Assembly: GCF_030144855.1 (NCBI RefSeq)
Contig: NC_082708.1
Coordinates: 87,730,001 to 87,794,000, forward strand
From: Hypanus sabinus
Taxonomy: Eukaryota
Length of the DNA: 64,000 bases
Reading direction: 5' to 3'
Part shown: positions 25,829-38,670 of the stretch, piece after piece
Numbering within the stretch: the first letter of the stretch is position 1
Layout of the letters: the number at the start of each line of letters is the position of its first letter
Position numbers and translations under genes: made by a program
The notes under the pieces: generated by a model
Database searches by the model: none
What the model was told of the DNA's origin: nothing
What the model saw: only the letters and a program-made list of their open reading frames with translations

Positions 25829-26571
25829 GACGGCTTCTTGGTAGAGATTGTTAAAAACACCAAATTTCTTGGTGTTCACCTGGTGGAGAATCTCACCTGG
25901 TACCTCAACACCAGCTCCATAGCAAAGAAAACCCAGCAGTGTCTCTAGTTACTGCGAAAGGCTGAGGGAAGTCCATCTCGCACCCTCCATCCTCATCACA
26001 TTCTACAGGGGTTGTATTGAGAGCATCCTGAGCAGCTGCATCACTGCCTGGTTTGGAAATTGTACCATCTCGGATTGCAAGACCCTGCAGCAGATAGTGA
26101 GGTCAGCTGAGAAGATCACTGGGGTCTCTCGTCCTGCCAGCATGGACATTTACACTACACGCTGCATGCACAAACCAAACAGCATTATGAAGGACACCAC
26201 GCACCCCTCATACAATCTCTTTTCCCTCCTGCCATCTGGGAAAAGGCACCAAAGCATTCATGCTCTCACGATCAGACTATGTAACAGTTAGAGCCTGGAC
26301 TGACACCTTACTGCCCTATTGCCCTGTTTATTATTTATTGTAATGCCTGCACTGTTTTGTGCACTTCATGCATTCCTGGGTAGGTCCATAGTCTAGTGTA
26401 GTTGTTGTGTGTTTTTTTTTCTCTGTGTTGTTTTTACGTAGTTCAGTCTAGTTTTTGTACTGTGTCATGTAACACCATGGTCCTGAAAAACATTGTTTCA
26501 TTTTTACTATCAACTGTACCAGCAGTTATGGTCGAAATGACAATAAAAGTGACTTGACTTGACTTGACTTG
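25829..26571 (+). mobile_element. 5'-truncated Rex-Babar LINE inserted at the end of the Nimb-like ORF2
   Basis: KFLGVHL..NLTW, FYRGCIESILSSCITAWFGN and FSLLPSGKR. Tail is aataaaagt(gactt)n. Confidence 0.9.
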
Positions 26572-26574
26572 ATA

Positions 26575-29500
26575 TCCTATAAAAAACCGCTGTACCCCTT
26601 AAGAAAGCTAAAAGTACCCTGACCTGTGCTCTCTCACCCATGCCCAGTAACCCTTTTAATGTGAATTCCTGCACCCCCAATTCACTTAGATTAATTCTCA
26701 TCATCTCTCTGTATCCCATACTTCCTGCAACTCAGAATTACATGTTCTACTGACTCCTCTTCCTGACATTCCTCACACAACTCTGTCTGTGTTTCCATAT
26801 CATGTTCAATTTCAATGTTTAGTGCACAGTGCCCCAGCCTTAACCTAGTCCACACAGTTTCCTCCCTTCTGTATCCACTGCCTACCCTAGTACCTGTAAC
26901 ACTCTTTTGTATTTGCTATAAATGCCTTCCTTTCCCCTTTCTGTCCCATCTTTCTTGCCACATTTGGATGATTTTTCACAGATTACACACTTAGCCTCTG
27001 CATTATTGATACTAATGTGCATTTCAATATTTTCTTTCTTTAACGCCCTCTTTGCCAACTCATCTACCCTCTCATTCCACTTCACCCCTGCATGAGCTGG
27101 AACCCATAGAAATTTTACCTGACCTCCCTGATTTGCAACTCTTGTGACTGACTGAAGGATTTCCTAAAGTACATCTTGCTGGCTGTTTTAGTGAAAAGAC
27201 CTTAAAATTGCTAGAACTGAGGTTGAATCTGAGCATATCAACACTTTGACTTGTCCAGCTTTCTCCACCCATCTCAATGCAGCCAACACTGCCAGCATCT
27301 CCACTGTATTCACACCCAACTTATTAGATGTTCTTCTGCTGATTCCAATTTCTTTTGCTGGTATAGCTACCCCAAACCCTGTCACTCCTGTTTCAGGTTC
27401 CTTAGATCCGTATAAATCTGAGTATAACTACTATACATTTCCATCACATGATAGTTAAATGCACTTACCAAATCAGCTTTTACTTTTTTCTTTCCTTTTT
27501 ACCACTAACAAATGCCAGTCTATGTCGGGCCATACAATCTTCCATGGAGTTACAACCAGATAAGCTACTGAAGAACTTATCCTTAGATCAAACACTCCAC
27601 ATTCTTTAGCAATATCATTCCCTACCCGACTAATGTTATCCCTCTGAAACCTCCCATTCTCCCAGCACTCCTGCAACACTCCTTTTGCAAGGTGAGAATA
27701 ATTATGCCCCTGCAAATTAGTCCAGTAGTTTGCCATCAATTGCATCCTTCTTAGTTCCAAAGGCATTACTCCCACTTCTACCTGTAGGGCTGATACTGGC
27801 GATGTTTTGAAAGCCCCAGTGCACATTCTCAAAGCCTGACCCTGAAACACATCCAGTTTCCTTATAAGAAACCAAGCTGCTGATCCATATGCTACACTTC
27901 CATAGTCCAACACAGATCTCACTAAAGCCACATACATTCTCTTCAATGCTGAACAACTTGCTCCCCATTCCTTACCAGTCAAACATCTCATCACATTTAT
28001 CACTTTTTTACATGTCTCCTCAACTTTCCTGATATGGTCTGCCCATGTTAACCATGAGTCAAATATAACTCCCAGAAATTTAAATGATCCAACCCTTTCT
28101 AATTCTATCCCATACATCCTTAACTTCTTCCCTACCTCAATTCTTTTCCTAGTGAAACATACAGTTTGAATTTTTTCTACCGAAAATCTACATCCCCAAT
28201 CATAACCCCACTCCTCCACTTCATCAATTGCTCCTTGTAGTTTCCCGATTATATGTTCCATATTCCTGCCTCTTTTCCACAAGGCCCCATCATCCACAAA
28301 CAGTGACCTACCTATATCCACTGATACCTTTGTGAAGACAAAATTGATCATAATGAAGAAAAGTAACGGGCTAATCACACTACCCTGAGGTGTGCCGTTT
28401 CCCATTATGTACTGATTTGATAATTTTGACCCAATCCGAACTTGAATTTTCCTACCAAACAAAAAATCTTTTATCCAATTAAAAACTCTCCCACCAAACC
28501 CTATCTTGTGCAGTTTAATTAACAATCCTTCCTTCCACATCATGTCATAGACTTTTTCTATGTCAAAAAATACTGCAACTACTGACTCTTTATTTGCCTG
28601 GGCCTTTCGTATTTCAGTTTCTAACATTATCACTGAGTCCATAGAACTCCTTTCCTTCCTAAAACCACTCTGAAAACTTGCCAGCATTCCTCTCTTCTCA
28701 AGCTCATACAATATCCTTTCTGTTGTCATCCTTTCCATTACCTTACATATATTTGATGTTAATGCTATTGGTCTGCAGCTAGTGGGTTTTGATGGATCCT
28801 TGCCAAGTTTCTTTATTGGAATTACTACTACTTCTTTCCATGCACTTGGTAATCTCCCCCTTCCCACAATCTGTGATAAAGATGCAGCAACTTCAAGAGC
28901 GCTCCTTTCCCTGGGCAGGTTGGTCTCGATCTCTTTATTGTTCTCATCATCTCTGCCAACGTAAATGGTTCATGGTTGATCAATTAATGGTCTCTTCCCT
29001 CCTGTTTAACACATCTGGGTGTTGACTCATTGTTCTTTTCCTTCTCCTTCTCCATTCTTTAGACAAATTTTCTGAACTATGTATCTTTAAAAATGACTTG
29101 GCCATGATCTCAGCCTTATCCCTGCTAGAGACTGCTGTTTCCTCCTCAGATAACATTACTGGATATTCCCATTCTCTTCTGTCTCCTCCCTTCCTCTTAA
29201 CCATTCCCCATACCTCTCCCACAGGTGTTGTTCTTCTTATTTTGTTGCAAAAATCCTCCAACTTGCCCTTTTAACTTGATGCATAGTTCTCACCACTGCC
29301 TGTGCCTTCTTATATTGAATCAAATGCTGCATTTTATGGGTTATTTTAACTAGTCTGAATGCTTTATTTCTGTTTTTTTACAGCCTGGCATCATTCCTCT
29401 GTCCACCATGGTATTAGTTTTCCATTCATCCTATTTTTACTCTTGGGTATAGATCCTTCTGCTGCTATAATAATTCCTGAAGTCACCTGACTGTTTAATT

Positions 29501-30266
29501 CATCTATATTTCCAGAAATGTCAACCTTTGTCAATGCTTCTTCACTCAACTTCTGGTACTTACCCCAATCTGCTTTTCCAAATACCCACTTTGGGATTCC
29601 ACCATCTGGTCTTACTTCAACTCTTTCACCCACTGAACATAAAACTGGGTCGTTATCGCTGCCTACTGTTGAAGCAGTGCAAACTCCCCAGTTACTAACT
29701 CCAGCCAAGGAATTACACACTAATGTAATATCTAATACTGACTCAGTTCCTATTATTATGTTTATCCTTGTTCCTCTACCATCATTCATACACACCAAAT
29801 TCTTTTCTTCCATGAAATCTTCAACTACCTTTCCATTTAAATCTGTAAACGAATCCCTCATACTGTGCTGTGAGCATTGAAATCTGCACACCACACTATT
29901 TTATGGTTGTTTAGTCCTTGTATCCTTAGTAGGCTGTCCAAATCCAACCTTTTACATAGATTATAGTAGTTAATTATAACCACTTTCTCCCCTCTCTCCC
30001 ACACTTCCACCACTATGTATTCCTGATCATCTCCCTTTTCCAGTACCCTATATGGTATACCTTGCTTGATTAACATAGCACAAGCCCCTTCTCTCCCTAG
30101 ATTTCTACCTTTCCTTATCATTGTACACCTATATACCACAAAGTCTGAAGTTGGTTTCAACCAAGTCTCCTGAATACACACTGCATCCAGTTTTACAACC
30201 ATTCTTTAATAAACTGCTTGAGTTGGCCAATAAGCTCCTTGCATTCCATTGCAAAAGAATCACCAT
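26575..30266 (-). pseudogene. Nimb-like ORF2: APE endonuclease, RT, RNase H, zinc knuckle (frameshifted)
   Basis: MVILLQWNARSL at 30266; CIQETWL, DFNAH, RPIALTS, FFDIEKVYD, GTPQGSVISP and LFVDDGALW; RNase H EMLAVLAAL..ICSDSTS..WVPAH..NERVDELAK; CEEC...EHVILSC. Confidence 0.92.
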
Positions 30267-30274
30267 AATTAGTA

Positions 30275-31405
30275 TTAACTAACCCATGACACTTCCTGGT
30301 TTGACTGATTAGTGAGGTTCTTCCTTACTTCTTCCCATGTCATTCCTACTAACCCTAAATGGTTCATTGCTGCTTTGACAACAAACTGAACTTTTTCACT
30401 TTTTGACTTTACCTCAACCGTACTATTAATCACTTCTGCAATGAATGTTACTAGACCCTTTTTGTCTACACAAATCCTGTCATTTGTTCTTTGTTGCATC
30501 TCTCACATCCCTCTTGCTCACTGGTCATTAGGAATATTCTGTTCTCTTGACATCCTTACAGCTTCTGCATAAGTGATCTTTCTTTTCACTCTTGTTTCTT
30601 GAATCTTATTCTCCCATCTCATAACCTCACACCCACTATATGCCACATCATGAGCTCCTCGACAATTATAGCATTTTGGTTGCACTCCTGTTCCACTTTT
30701 TCCATATTCATGATAACCCCCACATCTTGCACATCTCTTCTGCCTATTACAGTTTTTAGCTATGTGTCCAAACCTTTGACAATTATAGCACCTCAATGGC
30801 TTTGGCACATACACTCTTACTGGGTAACTCATGAATCCCAGGAACACTTTCCTTGTCACTCTTTCTTCTTCAAATTCAATCAATACTGTTTCACTTTCCT
30901 TTTTCACTCTCTCCTTTGTTGTTTTCAGTCTTTGAATTGTCAGTATTTTTCCTCTGATATTCCTCTTTAACTCCTCTATATTTATACTCATTGGTGCCCC
31001 CGCGATCACTCCTTTACATCCACCACCATTTCATGCTCCCACCCTCCCTGTGTATTCCACCCTACATTTTCCTATCTCTCTTAATTTGGGTGCTTTCTCA
31101 AGTTGTTCCTCATTCGCACATCTTACCAATAGGTTGCCATCATTAAGGACTTTTACAAATACTATTTCCCCTGTCTTATTTGCCAGTTTTGTTAGCACAA
31201 ATGGGTTAATTTTCTTCATGTTTCCTTGAGCCTTCTCATTAAGCCTTATTATGACAACTTCTCTCTGAACTTGTTCATCTTCCTCACTTTCAGAGCTCTC
31301 TCCCCTAACATTTCTTCTTCTTTTACTCCATTTGTCTCGGTTTTCATTCATCCGTCCCCTCACTATCTCCTCATCCCCTTTATTTCTCCCTTCACAACCA
31401 TCCAT
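30275..31405 (-). pseudogene. Nimb-like ORF1 gag-like nucleic-acid-binding protein (frameshifted)
   Basis: YPVRVYVPKPLRCYNCQRFGHIAKNC, CARCGGYH and CYNCRGAH...C (ORFs 31031..31405, 30518..31009, 30275..30499). Confidence 0.9.
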
Positions 31406-31626
31406 TTCTCCCCAACGGCCTCACTCTCCTGCCGGAGGCTGTCATTGCTGAGTCAGCGTCAAGACATCAATCCAGAGCCAAGAGCCAATTCACCCCTGAT
31501 TACATACGTCAATCAGTGAGGAGGTTGTTAATCCAACATAACGGTCACTAACGCAAACTGGACAACAATTACCGCTTAATCAGATTTTAACGAACCATAC
31601 ATAATCAGTAACCAATAGAAATGGCT

Positions 31627-31632
31627 CACACA

Positions 31633-31669
<37 letters not shown>
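31627..31669. repeat. (CA)n microsatellite
   Basis: Directly visible. Confidence 0.95.
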
Positions 31670-31672
<3 letters not shown>

Positions 31673-31717
31673 AAATGGACTAATCATAAAAGATGAACAA
31701 TGATCACCAACATTTAA

Positions 31718-31761
31718 TTACACTGATGATGTTGCCTAGCTGGGTAATGAAACGTCTGCAA
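31718..31761 (+). ncRNA. Minimal type I hammerhead ribozyme motif with intact catalytic core (PLE family A, 3' repeat)
   Basis: TTACA CTGATGA t GTTGCCTAG-CTGGGTAAT GAAAC GTC TGCAA. CUGAUGA at 31723-31729, GAAA at 31749-31752, GUC cleavage triplet at 31754-31756. Confidence 0.8.
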
Positions 31762-31869
31762 GCTAACAAGCCAGCTCAGCAACCTAGTCAACAAAGCATC
31801 TTCAACCCGAGCTACCAATCCTTTCTAACATCTTAAAGGATATAGAATATTTATTCCTATTATTCCGAT

Positions 31870-32120
31870 GCAGTACAGCATAGGACTTTCTGGACCATTG
31901 AGTTGCATCAACCAACAATCCCTGATTTTAACCCCAGCCCAATCACAAGACAATTTACAATGACCAATTAGCCTACCAATCTGCACGTCTTTGGTTTGTG
32001 GGATGAAACCGGGGAACCCGGAGAAAACCAACCTGATTACAGGGAGAACATGCAAATAGCTTACCCAGGTTGGTGGTAATGTAAAGCATTGTGATAGCCA
32101 CTATGCTAATGTCTGCCCCA
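31870..32120 (-). mobile_element. V-SINE/HE1-like SINE
   Basis: Minus strand has the core tttgcatgttctccctgt...ttttctccgggttccccggtttcatcccacaaaccaaagacgtgc...ggtaggctaattgg and a CR1-like tail. Confidence 0.75.
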
Positions 32121-32518
32121 CATATGTGTGGACAGAAAGAATCGGTTTAATTTGACATCATTGTCAGACGTGTTGTGTCAGTATGCCTATTTCTGTGTTT
32201 TATTGTTCTACATCTATACTATATTTATTAGAAAATAGAATAAAGAAAGCAGAATGAAGGATATAGAACAGTACAGATCTGGATTAAGCCCTTCAGTCCA
32301 CCTCTGTGCAGAATATGATGCCAAATTAAATGAAGTATCTTTTGTCTGCACGTGATCTATATCTCTCCTTTCTTTTCATATCCATCTGTTTCCCTAGAAG
32401 TCTTTTAACTGTCACCTTTATCTCTGTTTCAGTGTTATCCCAGAGCTCTGCAATCTTTCACCATGTATTTTTTCCTGATAAAGTAGATAATTTTGCAGTT
32501 TCTTCATTGTATTGCATC

Positions 32519-32718
32519 TGCTCAGTTTGCCTTACCTGTGTTTAGGACTAAGTCCTGGAACTTCCTATCTAAAAGCATAATGGAGCTGCATTTATGATGC
32601 CAGATCTTTGCTCAGTTTACCTTACCAGTGTCTAGGACTATGTGCTGGAACATCCTCCCTAAAGGCATTATGGAGCTACATTTGTAATGCCATTTTCTCA
32701 TTGTGGAGCTACGTTTAT
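32519..32718. repeat. Diverged tandem duplication, about 90-bp unit (2 copies + partial)
   Basis: tgctcagtttRccttacc...aggacta...ctggaac...ggagctRcattt..atgcca starts at 32519 and 32609. Confidence 0.8.
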
Positions 32719-33419
32719 GAAAATATATGAGCTAGTTCTAAAGATGGTTCAAACCAGTTTTTCAGGTTCTGCACATCGCTTGCCACTTTTGCTTGATCTT
32801 TACGGTTTTCAGTCAAAGAGGCTCATGAATGATCCTTCATCGTGAATGATCATGACCTAGATATTCCTAAGAGTTGATGAGGATCCTACCTATTTTAAGG
32901 GGGTTTTGAAAAATCCTTGAACAATTTTCTCTGCCCCTCCTGGAAACCTTTTGCTGTGCGGGAGCTCAGATGGAGTACATGCATCAGAGGCTTGAATCAG
33001 AAAGGTAAGTGATAACTACTTGATCTGGTCTAACATAACCACAGTATCAGAGTTGGAAATATTGGCTTGGAAAAGAAACTAATGTTGGCTTACTAATCCT
33101 ATCAATTTTATGGAGATAACATTGGTGTTGGCATTCTACTGTAGTTTGTCCATGATTACAATATACACAGCAAGGGCAATTTAATGGCAATTTTAGAACT
33201 TGATATTTCCCTGCTCTTTTTGCTCAAAGTTAAATTTGGTATTGGCACTCTGCAGGCAGTAGTGAATATTACCTTTAATGTCTCTCTTTGCTGAGAGATA
33301 GCCTCCAAGGTGGAACACACAAAAGTAAAGCAGCATTGTATCGGAAATTCCATCAGAAATCAAGGGGGAGAAATAACATCATCATCATTCACAAAATGTT
33401 TATGGTTCAACAAAGTAAC

Positions 33420-34348
33420 TGTGCCATAAAGAATCACTTTGGATACTGTTGGGGGGTGGGAGAACCTTCCAGTGAAAGTCGCATTGAGCAGTTCTCAGAT
33501 ACTGGGTGGCTCAGAAGGGAAGTGGATAGACGGGACAGTCTATAGTGATGGGAGATTCATTAGTTAGGGGAACAGAAAGGATTTTCTGCGAATGAGAACA
33601 CAATCCCCAAATGGTTTGTTGCTTTCCGAGTGCCAGGGTCAGGGATATCTCAGGTAGAGTCATTAGCTTTTTAAGTGTGAGTGTGAGCAGCAGAGGTTGT
33701 TTTCCATGTTGGTAGCAATAATATGGGTTGGGTGGGTGATGAGGTCCTGCCAAGTGAGTTCAGGTGCCAGTGCCAAGTTAAGGAACAGGATCAAGCCCAG
33801 AAATGGGAAGATCGTACAGTTTAACATGTAGTTAGGGATCTGGTGCAGGTGGAAAAGTTTCAGGTATTTGAATTATTGGGCTCTCTTGGGACCTGTACAG
33901 AAGGGACAGTTTGCATCTAAACTTGAGGAGAACAGGGATCCTGGTGGGGTATTAGTGGGGGGAAAAAAACTAGAATTACAGGAGGATGGGAACCAGAGCA
34001 TCAGAACAGATTGTGGAGTGGTTGTGGAGAAAAATATTGTTAAACCTGCATACAAGGTTGGCAATTGAAAGGGTGAGCATGGTGGAACTAATGCTCTGAG
34101 CTGCGTATATTTCAATGCAAAGTGTACTGTCGGAAAGGCAGATGAGCTTAGGAATCAGCACATGGAGTTTTGACTAGCCATTAGTGAGACTTGGTTGCAG
34201 AAGGGGCAGGACTGGCAACTCAGTATTCTGGGGTTCAGTTGTTTTAGAGCAGGAGCGATTACAGAGGAAGGGTGGTATTACCAGTCAGGGGAAATGTCAT
34301 GGCAGTGTTCAGTAAGGGCAGACTGGAGAGTTTGTCTACTTAGGTATT
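33420..34348 (+). mobile_element. Degenerate CR1 ORF1 + start of ORF2 endonuclease
   Basis: IVMGDSLVRGTERIFC...VCCFPSARVRDI (esterase-like ORF1); YFNA..AISETWL (EN). Confidence 0.75.
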
Positions 34349-35746
34349 AACATAGAAAATAGGTGCAGGAGTAGGCCATTCGGCCCTTCAAGCCTGCACT
34401 GCCATTCAGTATGATCATGGCTGATCATCTAACTCAAAACCCTGTACCTGCTTTCTCTCCATATCCCCTGATCCCTTTAGCCACAAGGGCCATATCTAAC
34501 TGCCTCTTAAATATAGTCAATGAACTGGCCTCAACTGTTTCCTGTGGCAGAGATTTCCACAGATTCACCACTCTCTGTGTGAAGAAGTTTTTCCTCATCT
34601 CGGTCCTAAAAGGCTTCCCCTTTATCCTTAAACTGTGACCCCTTGTTCTGGACTTCCCCAACATCAGAAACAATCTTCCTGCATCTAGCCTGTCCAATCC
34701 CTTTAGAATTTTATACGTTTCAATAAGATCCCCCTCAATCTTCTAAATTCCAGTGAGTAGAAGCCTAGTCGATTCGGTCTCTCTTCATATGAAAGTCCTG
34801 CCATCCCAGGAATCAATCTGGTGAACCTTCTTTGTACTCCCTCTATGGCAAGAATGTCTTTCCTCAGATTAGGGGAACAAAACTACACACAATACTCTAG
34901 GTATGGTCTCACCAAGGCCTTGTACACTGCAGTAGAACCTCCCTGCTCCTGTACTCAAATCCTTTTGCTATGAATGCCAACATACCATTTGCTTTTTTTC
35001 ACCGCCTGCTGTACCTGCATGCCCACCTTCAATGACTGGAGTACAATGACACCCAGGTCTCGTTGCACCTCCCCTTTTCCTAATCAGCCACCATTCAGAT
35101 AATAATCCGTTTTCCTGTTCTTGCAACCAAAGTGGATAACCTCACATTTATCCACATTAAATTGCATCTGCCATGAATTTGCCCACTCACCTAACCTATC
35201 CAAGTCACCCTGCATCCTCTTAGCATCCTCCTCACAGCTAACACCGCCGCCCAGTTTCATGTCATCCGCAAACTTGGAGATGCTGCACTTAATTCCCTCA
35301 TATAAATCGTTAATATATATTGTAAATAACTGGGGTCCCAGCACTGAGCCTTGCGGTACCCCACTAGTCACTGCCTGCCATTCTGAAAAGGTCCCGTTTA
35401 CTCCCACTCTTTGCTTCCTGTCTGCCAACCAATTCTCTATCCACATCAATACCATACCCCCAATACCGTGTGCTTTAAGTTTGCACACTAATCTCCTGTG
35501 TGGGACCTTGTCAAAAGCCTTTTGAAAATCTAAATGTACCATATCCACTGGCTCTCCCCTATCCACTCTACTAGTTACATCTTCAAAAAATTCTAAAAGA
35601 TTCGTCAGACATGATTTTCCTTTCACAAATCCATGCTGACTTTGTCCGATGATTTCACCTCTTTCCAAATGTGCTGTTATCACATCTTTGATAACTGACT
35701 CTAGCATTTTCCCCACCACCAATGTCAGACTAACCGGTCTATAATT
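34349..35746 (-). mobile_element. 5'-truncated CR1 LINE, relatively young
   Basis: ORF 35084..35749 RT motifs, ORF 34434..34697 C-terminus, and a tail at 34349. Near-identical to 50220-51750. Confidence 0.95.
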
Positions 35747-36124
35747 CATGCATAGAACTGAGGAATAAGAAAGATATGATCACATGAATGGGATTTGGAG
35801 GAACAAACTTGTAGATGAGGCAACAGTCCATGGGATTTAGAGGAGCAAATTTGTAGAGATCACAGACTGTTGGGGGATATCTGAAATAGATTTTTTGCAT
35901 CCGTATTTACTTGGGAGACAGGCACAGAGTATACAAATGTGAGACAATGCAAAACAAGGTCATGCACCCTATACAAATTAGGGTGGATTTTTTTTTTGGA
36001 CAGATTTAACATTGTGCCAAGTGGCTGCTTCTTCAAGCTAATCTGAGGAAGCAGCTTAAATTCCTCTCTTAATATGCCTTTTTTCCCTTTTCAAGGTGGC
36101 TGGAATTCTACTGGGGTTCCTGAC

Positions 36125-36650
36125 CTGCATTGGTATAGGTAAGGCAAATGCAAGCAGGCTTTTTGCACTGAGGTTGGGTGAGACTACAAGTTAAGTCAAG
36201 TCAAGTTTATTGTCATTTCAACCATAAACTACTGGTTCAGTACACAGTAAAAATGAAACAACGTTCCTCCATTACCCTGGTGCTACATGAAACAACACAG
36301 AACTACATTAGACTATGTGAGACAGCACAAGGCTACACTAGACTACATAAACCAACATAAAAACTGCACTAGACTACAGACTACAGGTTATAGATTTAAG
36401 GTTAAAGGGGGAACTTCTTCACTCAGATTGTTGTGAGAGTGTGGAACAACTTGCCAGAGCAAGTGGTAGATGAGGGATCGATTTCAACATTTAAGAGAAA
36501 TTTGTACAGGTACTTGGGTGAGAGGGATGTGGAGGACTATGTTCTGGGTGTAGGTTGAAGCGACGAGGTAGATTAATGGTTTGCCACAGACTAGTTGGGA
36601 CAAATGCCCTTTTTCTGTGCTGTAGTGTTCTATGAATCTATATCTCTATG
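36125..36650 (+). mobile_element. CR1 3' end interrupted by a minus-strand Rex-Babar tail (about 36190-36383)
   Basis: Host ...actgaggttgggtgagactaca | ...gaacttcttcactcag..gtggaac. The insert starts (aagtc)n tttattgtcatttcaaccata. agactaca flanks both sides. Confidence 0.75.
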
Positions 36651-38479
36651 AATGTGTCTGGAAAGACAATAGAAAGTTCAACAAATTTCTGGTAACCAAG
36701 ATTATTCTGGATTATTCAGTACTGTAGAGACCATGTATGGTCTAAATCAGCCAAAACATAGAATCCAATCCAGTCTCACCACAATCCACAGGATGTTGAA
36801 AAGTCTTAGTAGTATGGTAAACAACAAACCTCCTGAAGTTCTAGAGCTTGCCAAAGAGGAACTGTTAGTATAAAATTACAAATTCATCTCCTGGTTAAGA
36901 TAAGGACTTCAGTGATGCTGTAAGCATCATCAAAAGAGAGGAACAAATCTAATTGTAGTAATTACAGAAGCATCTTCATGCTGTCTGTCCTAGAGAATTT
37001 CATCATAATAATTCTCCTGAAGAGGTTCCTCCAATGGCTAAGGCTCCTAATCTGCACAATGGGAGAATTTCAAGAAAAATGCAGGAAGAAGCATCAAACA
37101 AATGTTTTTTTTTAATAAAACATAACAAAAATTGTCTGTTTATTTAAATAAGAAGTGCTGGAGAATCCTTCACAAACTCAACTGAAATCAATAATGTGTC
37201 TGTTTCTCGGCTGGTACAAAATAACTTGCAAGTTACAATTCTAACCGACATGTCCACTAGAGACTCAATCCTATGCAATCCTGGTTATGCCTGAATTGCA
37301 TCATTTTTCTCTATCTTTCTGTACAGACTCATCTAACTTTTCTCTAGAATGTAGCTAACTCACACAGACTGAATTATCAAAATTATTTGCCATCTCCAGA
37401 ACCAAGGTAATTCCATGTACATTCGTCAGGTTGCATTACACAGGAGACATGTCAATATGTGTAAAGTCAGAAGGAATGCTTCAACTCACCATTGACTCAG
37501 GCATTGAATTGGAAGAAAGGCTGTGGCTTATGCAAAGCAAATATCCTTTACCATCCCATTCTCTCCCAAAAAAAATCAAGATCCATAGCAAAGCTGCGAA
37601 AAACGCAAATCACTTTCTGTCAGTTGTCAACCTTTCTGAATTGAGCCTGATCACACATTTATAAAGACTCCTAGGCTCTTTAAGACTTTGTGCAGATTGA
37701 AATCTAAAAGTAAAATTGATAGACTGTGCTGTTTGTTTTAAGGAAATTGAAGCTGCCTGAAGAGAGTTAACAATTCCAAATGAAGTGATATTCAAGGACG
37801 ATTTGAATTTTAGCTGATTTATTTTCATAAACAATTAAGGAGTGATTCACATAGGGAGGATGCAATGAATATCCATGTGTAATCTTCTTTATGGGGCAGT
37901 CTATAAATACCTGGCACCGTGATTTCACTTCCAAGTGGTAAGGATAACACAACAGTACGGCCTCACAATTCCAGTGACTGAGATTCATGCTGATAGACAG
38001 TTGGCCTATTAGGAGGCTTAATAGGGATAGGATATACACAGTTAAGAAGTAATGAAGAGCAGTGTACCATGTGTACATGTCAAAAGGTTCTTGAAAGTAA
38101 CAGTACAGGTGCATAATTTGACTAAAAAGGAGTATATGACTTGCCTTCATCAGTTGTGATATAGAGTATCAGTGCAGGGAGGTTATATAAAATATTAGTT
38201 TTATGGGAGTTATTGACAGCATATTCTACGAATGTGATAGCATGGCAGAGGGTGCATTTTTTTTTAACTGGGAATGAACCATTTCATTTTCAAGGAGAGA
38301 ATTGCTTCTCTGGAATGGAGAAGGCTGAAAGGTGATCTAACTGAGGTCATAAATAGAGAAATGCAGAATGGAAACTTGCTTTTCAGACCATCAAAGTTGC
38401 ATTGACCCAAACCTCATTAAGCAAGTCTCACCTGTCTTACTCTCCCTACATTCCAGCCCACCCAGATTTTACAACTCCT

Positions 38480-38670
38480 CTACATGCTAGGAGAAATTTA
38501 CAGTGGACCTGGCCCTACCAACTCACATATATTTAGGGTGCGATCACAAGGAGACTATAAAAGTTCCTCGCAGACAGGAGAGAACCTGGGATGTTGGAGC
38601 CCTGAGGCAGCAGTGGTATTTGCTGTGCCACTCTGTCACCCAAACTATGCCACTGTGCTGCCCATCTGCA
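38480..38670 (-). mobile_element. Degenerate V-SINE/HE1-like SINE
   Basis: aaatttacagtgg..cctaccaactcac..tttagggtg...ggagccctgaggcagcagt...ctatgccactgtgctgcc. Confidence 0.5.

Larger units (their letters stand above)
25622..31460 (-). mobile_element. Near full-length I-group (Nimb-like) LINE, decayed
   Basis: ORF1 with three CCHC knuckles; ORF2 with EN, RT, RNase H and a C-terminal zinc knuckle; 3' end motif ccacactcc...gtaatgcacc at about 25632-25670. Confidence 0.88.
21831..31825 (+). mobile_element. Penelope-like element family A with direct terminal repeats (about 21831-21920 and 31718-31825), heavily interrupted
   Basis: A roughly 90-bp repeat occurs at both ends (gatgatgttgcctagctgggtaaYgaaacgtctgcaagctaa...agccagctcagcaaccta). 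RT and GIY-YIG remnants lie between. Confidence 0.85.
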
